Translations under genes and position numbers: made by a program
Notes under the pieces: model-generated
The model's input: the letters and a program-made list of their open reading frames with translations, nothing else
The model's database searches: none
Told to the model about the DNA's origin: nothing
DNA from: Candidatus Aenigmatarchaeota archaeon
Lineage (GTDB): Archaea; Aenigmatarchaeota; Aenigmatarchaeia; CG10238-14
Length of the DNA stretch: 64,000 bases
Direction: 5' to 3'
NCBI GenBank assembly: GCA_018920365.1
Contig: JAHLMM010000001.1
Span: 4,449-68,448 of the forward strand
Part shown: positions 1 to 8,866 of the stretch, piece after piece
How positions within the stretch are numbered: the first letter of the stretch is position 1
Layout of the letters: the number at the start of each line of letters is the position of its first letter

Positions 1-29
1 GGAAATGATAAACAATTTAGGATGATAAT

Positions 30-1319
30 ATGGCAAAGTTTCAGACAGTTAAAGGCATGAGAGATTTTCTTCCAGAGGATGCTATATTAAGAGATAAAGC
101 GTTTACCATAATCAAAAATGTATTTGAAAGATTTGGGTTTTCCCCCGCAATAACCCCGTCGCTTGAATATTATGAGGTTTTTGCAAACAAATTTTCAATA
201 GGGCAAGAAAATTTGAAAAACATTTATTCGTTTGATGACAAATCTGGGAGAAAACTAGCTTTAAGGTTTGATCAAACTGTTCCTTTAGCAAGGCTAATAG
301 CATGTAATCCTCAATTGCCAAAACCTTTCAAAAGATATGAGATATCAAGAGTATGGAGATATGAAGAGATAAAAAGAGGTAGATATAGAGAGTTTTGGCA
401 ATGTGACATTGATACAATTGGAACTAAAAGCATGGCGGCTGATGCAGAAATTATAGCATGTGCATTACAAGCTTTAATTGAACTTGGGTTTAATGATATA
501 AAAATTAAAATAAACAACAGAAAAATTTTGAATGATATAATTGAAGTAGAAAACAAGAATGATGTTTTGAGAGTTATAGACAAATTAGATAAAATAGGGG
601 AAAGTAACGTAAAAAAAGAGTTACAAAAGTTAAATATTGACAAGAAACAAATACAAAAGATTTTTGATGTGATTTCAATAAAAGGAAATGAAAAAGTATT
701 AGCAAAACTTGAAAGTATAGTTAAAACAGATGAAGGAAAGAATGGTTTAAATGAATTGAAAGAAGTTATTGAAATATTGAAATGCTATTTTGATGAAAAA
801 TATTTTGAAATTGATTTGTCTTTAGCGAGAGGTTTGGACTATTATACATCAACAATTTTTGAGATTGTTTCGGGGGATAAATCTATTGGAAGTATAGCAG
901 GTGGTGGCAGATATGATAAAATGATTTCAAAGTTTGCTGAAAGTAAAGAAGATATACCTGCTGTTGGCATTGCTTTAGGAATAGAAAGAATTATAGAATT
1001 AATAAAATTAAAAAATGATAAGAAAAAAACAGTAACACAAATATTTGTTGCTTCTGTTTCAGATGAAAATAAAAAAGATGTTATTAAAATTGCAAAAGAT
1101 TTAAGGCAAAAAGGTTTTAAGGTTGAGACAGATATAAGCGGAAGAAAGTTATCAAAACAACTAGAATATGCAAACAGTCTTTCTATACCATTTTGTTTGA
1201 TAGTTGGTTCTGAAGAAGTAAAAAAAGGTGTTTATAAATTAAAGGATATGGGTAAAGGTAAGGAAATCGACTGCAGTTTGGATGAAATTGTAAATGTTTT
1301 AAAAGATAGGATCTTCTGA
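30..1319 (+). CDS. hisS: histidine--tRNA ligase (class II)
   Basis: 429-aa ORF carrying HisRS hallmark motifs 'VKGMRDFLPED', 'LRFDQTVPLAR', 'YREFWQCD' and 'GGGRYD', plus a C-terminal anticodon-binding-like region. Confidence 0.93.
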   Translation: MAKFQTVKGMRDFLPEDAILRDKAFTIIKNVFERFGFSPAITPSLEYYEVFANKFSIGQENLKNIYSFDDKSGRKLALRFDQTVPLARLIACNPQLPKPFKRYEISRVWRYEEIKRGRYREFWQCDIDTIGTKSMAADAEIIACALQALIELGFNDIKIKINNRKILNDIIEVENKNDVLRVIDKLDKIGESNVKKELQKLNIDKKQIQKIFDVISIKGNEKVLAKLESIVKTDEGKNGLNELKEVIEILKCYFDEKYFEIDLSLARGLDYYTSTIFEIVSGDKSIGSIAGGGRYDKMISKFAESKEDIPAVGIALGIERIIELIKLKNDKKKTVTQIFVASVSDENKKDVIKIAKDLRQKGFKVETDISGRKLSKQLEYANSLSIPFCLIVGSEEVKKGVYKLKDMGKGKEIDCSLDEIVNVLKDRIF

Positions 1320-1504
1320 TATTTGAGCTGAAAAAATCAGCCCACAATCTTGGCAATAGGCGTTTGATCCAAATAGCAGAGCTTTGCCACCACAATCTGG
1401 ACATTTTAATGAAATTACAACCACTTTATATTATAGAAAAATGAAGATTTAACTATAATGGTGAAAGCATTAAATATATTTAAATGCTTCTTTAAGTTGA
1501 TTTT

Positions 1505-3313
1505 ATGAAAGTAGGCAAGATTGTTTGTGACACAAGCATAATAGTTGACGGCAAAATATCAAAAATGCTTAGGGAAGATGAATTTGAAGATTTGAAAGAG
1601 ATAATAATACCTAGGGCTGTTTTAGATGAACTTCAAGCTCAAGCATCAAAAGGAAAAGAGTCTGGTTTTCTTGGTTTAGATGAATTGAAAAATATAAGGC
1701 AGCTCTGTGCTGACAAAAAAATAAACATTAGATTTTCTGGTGAAAGACCCAGTTTAGAGGATATAAAATTAGCAAAGGGAGGCAGACTTGATGCAATAAT
1801 AAGAGATGTTGCTAAAGAGGAAAATGCTGTGCTGTTAACAGCTGATTATGTGCAAGCTTTAACAGGGGAAGCAGAGGGTGTAAAAACAGAATATTTACCT
1901 CCTGAGATTCAGATAAAACAGCTAAGTTTTGAAAAATATTTCACACCAGACACTATGAGTGTTCATATAAAAGAGAATGTTAGTCCTATGGCCAAAAGAG
2001 GCAAACCTGGTAAATTCCAGCTAGTAAAAATTGACAAACCTTTGACAAGAGATGATGTTCAAAAGATGATATATGAAACTATTGAAATTGCTAGAACAAG
2101 GGAAGACGCTTTTATTGAAGCTGAGAATGGCGGTGCATTGGTTATACAGCTAGGAAATTATAGAATAGCTATAGCACGTCCGCCTTTTTCAGATGGGTTT
2201 GAAATAACCATAGTAAGACCAATAGTAAAACTTAGCTTGGATGATTACAAACTTTCAAACAAACTTGTGGACAGACTGAAAACAAAGGCTGAAGGTATTT
2301 TAATCGCTGGTCCTCCAGGAAGCGGTAAAAGTACATTTGCAACTTCAATTGCTGAATTTTTGATAAAAGAAAAGAATGTTATAATAAAGACAATCGAATC
2401 GCCAAAAGATTTGCAAGTTCCGGATGAAGTAACTCAATATGGACCACTAGGCGGCGATTTTGCAAAAACAGCTGATATCTTGCTTCTAGTAAGGCCTGAT
2501 TATACTATTTTTGATGAGGTAAGGCTTGAAAAACATTTCAAGATATTTGCTGATATGAGGCTATCTGGTATAGGAATGATTGGTGTAGTTCATGCTTCAG
2601 AAGCAATAGATGCTGTACAAAGATTTATAGGTAAAATAGAGCTAGGAATGATACCTCATGTTGTTGATACTGTTATATTCCTGAAGGATGGAGAAATAAA
2701 AAATGTCTATATTTTATCATTAACAGTCAAAGTACCTTTTGGTATGAGTGAAGCTGATCTTGCCAGACCTGTTGTTGAGGTAAGGGATTTTGAAAGTGGA
2801 AAGTTAGTGTATGAAATTTACTCTTATGGTGAAGAGAATGTAGTAATACCAGTTGAAAAGGAACAGAGCTCTGCTGTTGAAGACCTTGCCAGAAAAGCAA
2901 TATATCAAGAAATAAAGAAATATGATGATGATGCTGAAATAACATTTACATCAAAAGATAGAGTAACTGTTAGAGTTGATAACAATAGTATTGCTAGATT
3001 AATAGGCAGGGAAGGCAGAAATATTGAAGAAATTGAATCAAAATTAGGTATACATATTGATGTTGAGCCAAAAATTGCTAGCACAGGAAGAGAGGTTGAT
3101 CACAATATAAGCGAATCTGGCAACTCATTGATAATAGGTTTTGAAAATTCTTTAAGAGGCAAGCAAGTCTCTGTTTATGTAAATGATGATTTTATAATGT
3201 CTGCAACTGTTGGAAAGAATAATGAAATAAAAATAGGAAAATCATCTGAAATAGGAAGAGAATTGATAAAGGCTATGATGAATAAGAAAAAAATAAGGGT
3301 TTTGGTGAGTTGA
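1505..3313 (+). CDS. PIN-domain / P-loop ATPase / KH-domain protein (archaeal PINA-type, PilT-like ATPase)
   Basis: N-terminal PIN-like 'IVCDTSIIVDG..PRAVLDEL', Walker A 'GPPGSGKST', Walker B-like 'YTIFDEVR', and a C-terminal KH motif 'IARLIGREGRNIEEIESKLGIHIDV'. Confidence 0.8.
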   Translation: MKVGKIVCDTSIIVDGKISKMLREDEFEDLKEIIIPRAVLDELQAQASKGKESGFLGLDELKNIRQLCADKKINIRFSGERPSLEDIKLAKGGRLDAIIRDVAKEENAVLLTADYVQALTGEAEGVKTEYLPPEIQIKQLSFEKYFTPDTMSVHIKENVSPMAKRGKPGKFQLVKIDKPLTRDDVQKMIYETIEIARTREDAFIEAENGGALVIQLGNYRIAIARPPFSDGFEITIVRPIVKLSLDDYKLSNKLVDRLKTKAEGILIAGPPGSGKSTFATSIAEFLIKEKNVIIKTIESPKDLQVPDEVTQYGPLGGDFAKTADILLLVRPDYTIFDEVRLEKHFKIFADMRLSGIGMIGVVHASEAIDAVQRFIGKIELGMIPHVVDTVIFLKDGEIKNVYILSLTVKVPFGMSEADLARPVVEVRDFESGKLVYEIYSYGEENVVIPVEKEQSSAVEDLARKAIYQEIKKYDDDAEITFTSKDRVTVRVDNNSIARLIGREGRNIEEIESKLGIHIDVEPKIASTGREVDHNISESGNSLIIGFENSLRGKQVSVYVNDDFIMSATVGKNNEIKIGKSSEIGRELIKAMMNKKKIRVLVS

Positions 3314-3719
3314 TTGATTTTTCAACTATTGAATTTTTATTCATAACAAAGTTAGTATTATCATTTGCTTCTGTTTTTATAATAGGTGCAGAAAGAGAAT
3401 ATAGAGGTAAAGATGCTGGTATAAGTACACATACTTTTGTAATAGCCGGATCAATGGTATTTTCCTTCTTATCAACACTAGTAACTCCATTACAATCAAT
3501 AGCTGCACAAATAGTAACAGGCATAGGGTTTTTAGGTGCAGGATTAATATTGAAGAGGGTAACAAAGTAAAAAATTTAACAACTGCAGCAAGTGTATGGT
3601 TTGCTGCTGCTATTGGGATGTGCTATGGTTTTGGCTATTATTTCATGGGAATTGTTTGCACTTTTGTCTCGTTTATAGTGCCAAAAATACCTCATTTCAA
3701 ACCTCAAAATTCTGATTAA
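3310..3719 (+). pseudogene. mgtC: MgtC/SapB-family membrane protein, interrupted by a frameshift near 3545-3570
   Basis: Frame 1 (3310..3570) reads 'AEREYRGKDAGISTHTFVIAGS..GIGFLGAGLI' and then hits a stop. Frame 3 continues the family signature, 'IEEGNKVKNLTTAASVWFAAAIGMCYGFGYYF..', to the stop at 3717-3719. Confidence 0.6.
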
Positions 3720-3815
3720 AATTTGAAAGGCGGCTCTACAACTACCTCGCCTTTCATTAATTCAAACCGGGATGGTGATATCATCGCCGCCTTAATAATG
3801 AATGTAAAAAGAGAT

Positions 3816-4031
3816 TTATTTCTTTTTAACAGCTGGTTTTCTCTGATTTTCTTTCTCAATCATATGTGTTATATAACCAGCAACTTTGTTCCTGATAATT
3901 TTTGATTGAACTTTGAGCATTTCATCCAATATTTTCTTGTTTTGCTCAAAACTATTTGTAAATTTATCAGGAAACGCCTTTACAAGTCTTTCTGACACAT
4001 TCTTGATTTGTGCTGTTCTTATATTTCCCAT
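3816..4031 (-). CDS. rps17e: 30S ribosomal protein S17e (eS17)
   Basis: 'MGNIRTAQIKNVSERLVKAFPDKFTNSFEQNKKIL' is a typical eS17 N-terminus. I chose the internal Met, because the ORF track starts 27 nt upstream at 4058. Confidence 0.85.
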   Translation of the reverse strand: MGNIRTAQIKNVSERLVKAFPDKFTNSFEQNKKILDEMLKVQSKIIRNKVAGYITHMIEKENQRKPAVKKK

Positions 4032-4093
4032 GATTTCACCTGCTAAAATAATAACCATCTTATTTTAAGAATTTAAAGATTTTATGGATTATT

Positions 4094-5344
4094 ATGGTTA
4101 GCTTTTCTTCTATATTAAATTATTACTCTAGGAAAGATGTGCAGAAAGCTATTCTGGATTTTGGAAAAGATAGAGAAGTAGTTGGTGTCTATGCTAATGG
4201 CAGCTTTGATAAAAGACCTAACATAATAGCATATCCAGATGATATTGTCCAAATGGTTAAAAAAGGTGTTGTTTCTTTTCACTGTTCATTAGAAAAGTGG
4301 AGCAATCCGATGAAGATAGAAACTGAAAGTGATATAAGCCATTTAAGAACAGGGTGGGACTTTATAATCGATCCTGATTGTCCGAGTATGGATATATCGA
4401 AGATAGCTGTAACTATCATAGAAGAAGCTTTACAAGAACATGGTATAAAACACTATTCAATAAAATTCACTGGTGGAAAAGGGTTTCACATAGGGTTGCA
4501 TTCAGATAGCTTTCCTAAAAAAATAAACATGAAACCTATAGAGATGCTGTATCCTGAATTGCCGAGAGCTATACTTGAATATCTGAAGGATTATATTAAA
4601 GACATTTTGAGTGAAAGACTGCTTGAATTTAGTATACAAGAAATAGCCGATAAAGTGGGAAAGAGAGTTGATGATATTTTAACAGATAGAAAAATAGACC
4701 CATTCAAAGTGGTTGCTATAGATACAAACATAATATCTCCTCGTCATCTATTCAGGATGCCATATGCTTTGCATGAAAAAAATCATCTTGTAAGTTTGCC
4801 GATAAAAGATGTAACAAGCTTTACAAAAGAACAAGCAGAATTAAGCAAATTTGAGGGTGTGAAAGAAGTGTTTCTTCAACCAAAAAAAGGCGAAGCTGCA
4901 TCTCTTGTAATTCAATCATTGGATTTTGCTAACAAAAATGTGATTGAAGAAAAACCTAAGCAAGTATTTACAAAAAAAACAGGCAGACAAATAATCAAGC
5001 AAGACTTTCCACCTTGCATGAAAAAGCTTTTAGAAGGCGGATTTAGTGATGGTAGAAAAAGGGGATTGTTTATCCTTGTAACATTTTTGAAGAAAATGAA
5101 CTGGACATGGGAAGAAATTGAAAAAGAAGTTGAGTTATGGAATAGCAAGAACAAACCGCCTTTGCCTGCGAGGTATGTAAAAAGTCAGCTAAAGGACTTT
5201 AAAAAAAAGACAACAGATTTAATGCCTTATAATTGTAGTGATGATGCTTATAAAATTCTAGGTATTTATTGCGGTGATGAAATGCACAAAGAAATAAAAA
5301 ACCCTGTAAGTTATGTGTACAAAAAGAAAAAAGGAGTATTTTAA
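4094..5344 (+). CDS. priS: DNA primase catalytic subunit PriS fused to a PriL-CTD-like C-terminal domain
   Basis: AEP primase motifs are present: 'DFIIDPD' (DxD), 'FTGGKGFHIGL' (sGxGxH) and 'AIDTNIISPRHLFRMPYALH'. The C-terminal ~120 aa reads 'FPPCMKKLLEGG..GRKRGLFILVTFL..NKPPL..PYNC..IYCGDEMH', which resembles the Fe-S domain of PriL. Confidence 0.8.
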   Translation: MVSFSSILNYYSRKDVQKAILDFGKDREVVGVYANGSFDKRPNIIAYPDDIVQMVKKGVVSFHCSLEKWSNPMKIETESDISHLRTGWDFIIDPDCPSMDISKIAVTIIEEALQEHGIKHYSIKFTGGKGFHIGLHSDSFPKKINMKPIEMLYPELPRAILEYLKDYIKDILSERLLEFSIQEIADKVGKRVDDILTDRKIDPFKVVAIDTNIISPRHLFRMPYALHEKNHLVSLPIKDVTSFTKEQAELSKFEGVKEVFLQPKKGEAASLVIQSLDFANKNVIEEKPKQVFTKKTGRQIIKQDFPPCMKKLLEGGFSDGRKRGLFILVTFLKKMNWTWEEIEKEVELWNSKNKPPLPARYVKSQLKDFKKKTTDLMPYNCSDDAYKILGIYCGDEMHKEIKNPVSYVYKKKKGVF

Positions 5345-5366
5345 TTTTAAAGTTTAATTCTAAATT

Positions 5367-5906
5367 ATGGAAGAGATAATCACTTTTGAGTATATAAGAG
5401 AAGCACAAAGGGCTGAAATGAAGAGTCAGCAATTATGCAATCTTCCTGAAGATTTTTTTGAAAATATTAAATCTTATCTAGAACAAAAAAGAGAATTGGC
5501 GAAAAAGAATGAAGATGCTATGATAGAGTTAAGAAATGCCGAAAGGATAATAGAGGATATATACAACAGGAGAGAATCCAAAATAGTTTCATTGGCTTTG
5601 CTTTCTGTTAGAACTGGGATAATACCGGCTAATATGACAAGAAATGAAAGAGAGTTGTTTGATTATGTTGTAAAAGGTCTTAAAAGCAGCAGAAGTTTTG
5701 TAGACAGACTTTTAGGCAAAAAGGATAAAAAGGCTAAAGATGATGTAGAATATGTGGAAATTGAATTCCTAGAAGATATAGAAGAGTTTGTAGGCATAGA
5801 TTTAAAAAAATTGGGTCCATACAATAAAGGAGATAAGGCATTAATACCAAAAAATAATGCAGAATTGCTTGTAAAATCAGGCAAAGCAATAAAGGTGAAT
5901 GAATGA
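5367..5906 (+). CDS. GINS complex subunit (Gins51/Gins23-like)
   Basis: '[34 protein letters not shown]' is a typical archaeal GINS A-domain opening. The gene sits directly downstream of priS, a conserved archaeal neighbourhood. Confidence 0.65.
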   Translation: MEEIITFEYIREAQRAEMKSQQLCNLPEDFFENIKSYLEQKRELAKKNEDAMIELRNAERIIEDIYNRRESKIVSLALLSVRTGIIPANMTRNERELFDYVVKGLKSSRSFVDRLLGKKDKKAKDDVEYVEIEFLEDIEEFVGIDLKKLGPYNKGDKALIPKNNAELLVKSGKAIKVNE

Positions 5907-6184
5907 ATCTACCGCAGCAGATGAAGACATATTGTAAATTTTGCAAAAAGCATACTATGCATACGGTTGAAGTTGTCAAAAAAAGGCAGAGAAGAACTCT
6001 TGCCCAAGGTCAGAGAAGGTATTTAAGAAAGCTTCAAGGTTACACAGGCTTCCCAAGACCAAAACCTGATCATGAAAAGTCAACAAAAAAGATTGATTTA
6101 AGATATAAATGTAGCGTATGCGGCAAAAAACATGTTAAAGGCGAAGGTTTCAGAGCCAAAAAGTTTCAGCTAAAGAAGGTGTAA
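5903..6184 (+). CDS. rpl44e: 50S ribosomal protein L44e (eL42)
   Basis: '[40 protein letters not shown]' is the zinc-ribbon L44e signature. It overlaps the GINS gene by 4 nt. Confidence 0.92.
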   Translation: MNLPQQMKTYCKFCKKHTMHTVEVVKKRQRRTLAQGQRRYLRKLQGYTGFPRPKPDHEKSTKKIDLRYKCSVCGKKHVKGEGFRAKKFQLKKV

Positions 6185-6187
6185 AAT

Positions 6188-6373
6188 ATGGAAATAATAC
6201 CAACCCCAAAAAGTAGGTTTTTGAAGGTTCAGTGTGAAAAATGCAAAAATGAGCAGATAATATTCAGCAAGCCTTCCATGGTTGTAAAATGCTTGGTTTG
6301 CGACAATGTTCTTGCAGAACCAACAGGTGGCGCTGGAAGAATAAGTGCAAAAATTTTAAAGATAATATCCTAA
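6188..6373 (+). CDS. rps27e: 30S ribosomal protein S27e (eS27)
   Basis: 'SRFLKVQCEKCKNEQIIFSKPSMVVKCLVCDNVLAEPTGG' is a C4 zinc ribbon. It follows L44e, the conserved archaeal gene pair. Confidence 0.92.
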   Translation: MEIIPTPKSRFLKVQCEKCKNEQIIFSKPSMVVKCLVCDNVLAEPTGGAGRISAKILKIIS

Positions 6374-6382
6374 ATTGGTTTT

Positions 6383-7858
6383 ATGGTAAAACTAGAAGAT
6401 ATACAGAGGCTTTGTCTAACTAGGGGAATAATTTATCCTACAGCTGAAATATACGGCGGTTTGAGCGGTACATTTGATTATGGTCCTGTTGGTGTTTTGA
6501 TAAAAAGAAAGTTTATAGAATATTGGAGAGATTTTTTTGTAAAATCAATGGATTGTATTGTAGAGGTGGATGGCGCTACTATATTACCTGAGAAAGTGCT
6601 GATAGCATCTGGTCATGTTGAATCATTTGTTGATCCTATAACACAATGCGAAAAATGCAAAAGCATTTACAGGGCTGACAATTTTATTGAGGAAAGGACT
6701 GGGAAGTTTGTTGAAGGAAAATCAACAAAGGAATTGACAGAGATAATTGTTCAAGAAAAGTTAAGCTGCCCAAATTGCAAGGGAAAGTTAAGCGAAGTAA
6801 AAATGTTTAATTTAATGTTCAAGACATTTGCAGGCCCTACTGGAGAACAGATAGCATATTTAAGACCTGAGAGCGCACAAAATATATTCACCTCATTTGA
6901 GCGTGTTTTCAGATCTTCAAGAGCAAAGCTGCCTTTTGGTATAGCTCAGCATGGTCATGCATTCAGAAATGAAATATCTGCCCGGCAATTTGTGATAAGG
7001 TCAAGAGAGTTTAACCAAATAGAGATTGAAATGTTTTTTGATCCTGAAAATGATGATTTTGAAGAATTCCAGTCTATTGCTAATAAAGAGATAATTCTTG
7101 TTACAAGAGAAGCTCAGCTCAAGAAGACTGATGCTGTAAGGATAAAAATAAAAGATGCTGTTAACAAAAAAATAATACCAAATAAATGGATGGGTTTCTT
7201 TTTGGCAAAAGAGTTTGAATTTTTCAAATCTTTGGGTATTCCTGAGAGTGCATTGAGATTTAGACATATGCTGCCAGAAGAGACGCCACACTATTCCGGT
7301 GGCAATTTTGATTTGGAAATAAAATTTGATTTTGGCTGGAAAGAAACTGTAGGAAATGCTTATAGAACTGATCATGATCTTAAAAATCATTCTAAATTTT
7401 CAGGTGAAGATTTGGCTGTGAGCTTACCAGACGGAAGAAAGATATTGCCTCATGTTGTTGAGCCTTCATTTGGGTTGGAAAGAATTTTGTATGCTATATT
7501 GCTTTACAATTTTGTTGAAGACAAAGAAAGGGGATGGAATTGGTTGAGGCTTCCACCAAAAATAGCGCCTTATATAGCTGGCGTTTACCCTCTTGTAAAT
7601 AAAGATGGAATAAATGAAAAGGCAAAAGAAATTTTCAAGACGCTGAAAAAGAATTTTGATGTTTTGTTTGATGATGCTGGTTCAATAGGAAAGAGATATG
7701 CAAGGGCTGATGAAATTGGCATACCATTTGGTATAACAATTGATTATCAAACTTTGGAAGATGACACTGTGACAATAAGGGATAGAGATAGTACAAAACA
7801 AGAAAGAATAAAGATAAGCGAAATTGAAAGCTTCATAAAAAATAAATTAATCTTGTAA
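6383..7858 (+). CDS. glyS: glycine--tRNA ligase (archaeal/eukaryal-type class II)
   Basis: 491-aa ORF with 'RGIIYPTAEIYGGLSGTFDYGPVGV', 'YLRPESAQNIF', 'FRNEISARQFVIRSREFNQIEIE' and 'PHVVEPSFGLERI'. Confidence 0.92.
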   Translation: MVKLEDIQRLCLTRGIIYPTAEIYGGLSGTFDYGPVGVLIKRKFIEYWRDFFVKSMDCIVEVDGATILPEKVLIASGHVESFVDPITQCEKCKSIYRADNFIEERTGKFVEGKSTKELTEIIVQEKLSCPNCKGKLSEVKMFNLMFKTFAGPTGEQIAYLRPESAQNIFTSFERVFRSSRAKLPFGIAQHGHAFRNEISARQFVIRSREFNQIEIEMFFDPENDDFEEFQSIANKEIILVTREAQLKKTDAVRIKIKDAVNKKIIPNKWMGFFLAKEFEFFKSLGIPESALRFRHMLPEETPHYSGGNFDLEIKFDFGWKETVGNAYRTDHDLKNHSKFSGEDLAVSLPDGRKILPHVVEPSFGLERILYAILLYNFVEDKERGWNWLRLPPKIAPYIAGVYPLVNKDGINEKAKEIFKTLKKNFDVLFDDAGSIGKRYARADEIGIPFGITIDYQTLEDDTVTIRDRDSTKQERIKISEIESFIKNKLIL

Positions 7859-8797
7859 AGACAACTTTATGTTATACATTTGTTCTAGGCCAAGCAATTT
7901 AATTATCAATGCTTTTTGTGTATGCAATCTATTTTCTGCTTGATCAAAAACAATTGATCTTATGTCATCTATAACTTTGTCATCAACTTCTTGCCCTCTA
8001 TGAGCTGGTAAACAATGCATAAACAATGCACTTCCTGCTTTTTCCAGCAGTTCTTGTGTGACACGATATTTTGGCAAGAATTTTTTCAATCTTTTTTTCG
8101 AATCCTTTTCCTGGCCCATGCTCACAAAAACATCTGTATAAACAACATGAGCATCTTTTACTGCATGCTCTGGCTCATGCGTTATAGAAATTTTGCTTCC
8201 GCTTATTTTTGCCTGGGTTCTTGCCCTTTCCAATATTGATTTTTCAGGCTCAAAACCTTTCGGGCAAGCTATATTCATATGAATGCCTAATTTGGTTGAT
8301 GCAAGCAGTAATGAATGCAATACATTGTCAGTACCATCTCCGACAAAAGCGATTTTTATATCCTTGAGTGTCTTGAATTTTTCTCTTATTGTGTAAATAT
8401 CAGCTATAGCTTGACAAGGGTGTTCTAGATCAGATAAAGCGTTTATCACATTCATTTTTGACAGCTTTGCCATTAACTCTAAATCTTTATGAGAGAAAAC
8501 TCTTGCAACAATAACATGAGCATATCTTTCTATTGTCCTTATCGTGTCTTCTAAAGGTTCACCTCTTGACAATTGGCTTGTAATTTTATCTAAAAATACT
8601 ACTTCACCGCCTAATTCTTTTATACCAACTTCAAAAGATATTCTCGTTCTTGTAGACGGCTTTTCAAAATAAAGGCAAAATATTTTGTTTTTCAAGACAT
8701 CAGAATTTGGGTATTTTTTTAATTTGTCTGTTAGCCTGAAAAGATCAATCATTTCATCTCTTTTTATGTCATTTATGCTCAAAAAATCTTTCAGCAT
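7847..8797 (-). CDS. argF: ornithine carbamoyltransferase
   Basis: 'FEKPSTRTRISFE', 'HPCQAIADIYTI' and 'HCLPAHRGQEV'. The HCLP motif favours OTCase over ATCase. Confidence 0.85.
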   Translation of the reverse strand: MLKDFLSINDIKRDEMIDLFRLTDKLKKYPNSDVLKNKIFCLYFEKPSTRTRISFEVGIKELGGEVVFLDKITSQLSRGEPLEDTIRTIERYAHVIVARVFSHKDLELMAKLSKMNVINALSDLEHPCQAIADIYTIREKFKTLKDIKIAFVGDGTDNVLHSLLLASTKLGIHMNIACPKGFEPEKSILERARTQAKISGSKISITHEPEHAVKDAHVVYTDVFVSMGQEKDSKKRLKKFLPKYRVTQELLEKAGSALFMHCLPAHRGQEVDDKVIDDIRSIVFDQAENRLHTQKALIIKLLGLEQMYNIKLSLQD

Positions 8798-8866
8798 AGA
8801 AAAATATTGTTGTTTGTTTTTTAAAAAGATTTTAAAAAAATAAATATTATTTTCTAATTCAATATT

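Noticed and set aside
1320-1504. Relatively long spacer after hisS. It has a direct repeat CCACAATCT(T)GG (1342..1353 and 1390..1400), a near-palindrome around 1465..1491, CTGA boxes and a 73-aa antisense ORF (1183..1404). I considered a C/D-box sRNA or other ncRNA.
   Set aside because: No RUGAUGA C-box partners the CTGA motifs, and I could find no convincing fold by hand. The ORF overlaps the hisS 3' end antisense. The region is probably terminator/promoter DNA and worth only an Rfam scan.
3721-3800. Possible tRNA or tRNA-like gene in the GC-rich spacer (GGCGGC...GCCGCC ends).
   Set aside because: It has no T-loop (GTTCRAAT) near the 3' end, no D-arm or anticodon arm geometry on either strand, and is only ~63 nt between the putative acceptor halves.
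3723-3905. 60-aa plus-strand ORF spanning the MgtC/rps17e spacer and running antisense into rps17e.
   Set aside because: It starts in a structured GC-rich spacer, overlaps a well-supported ribosomal protein gene on the opposite strand, and has no protein-like features.
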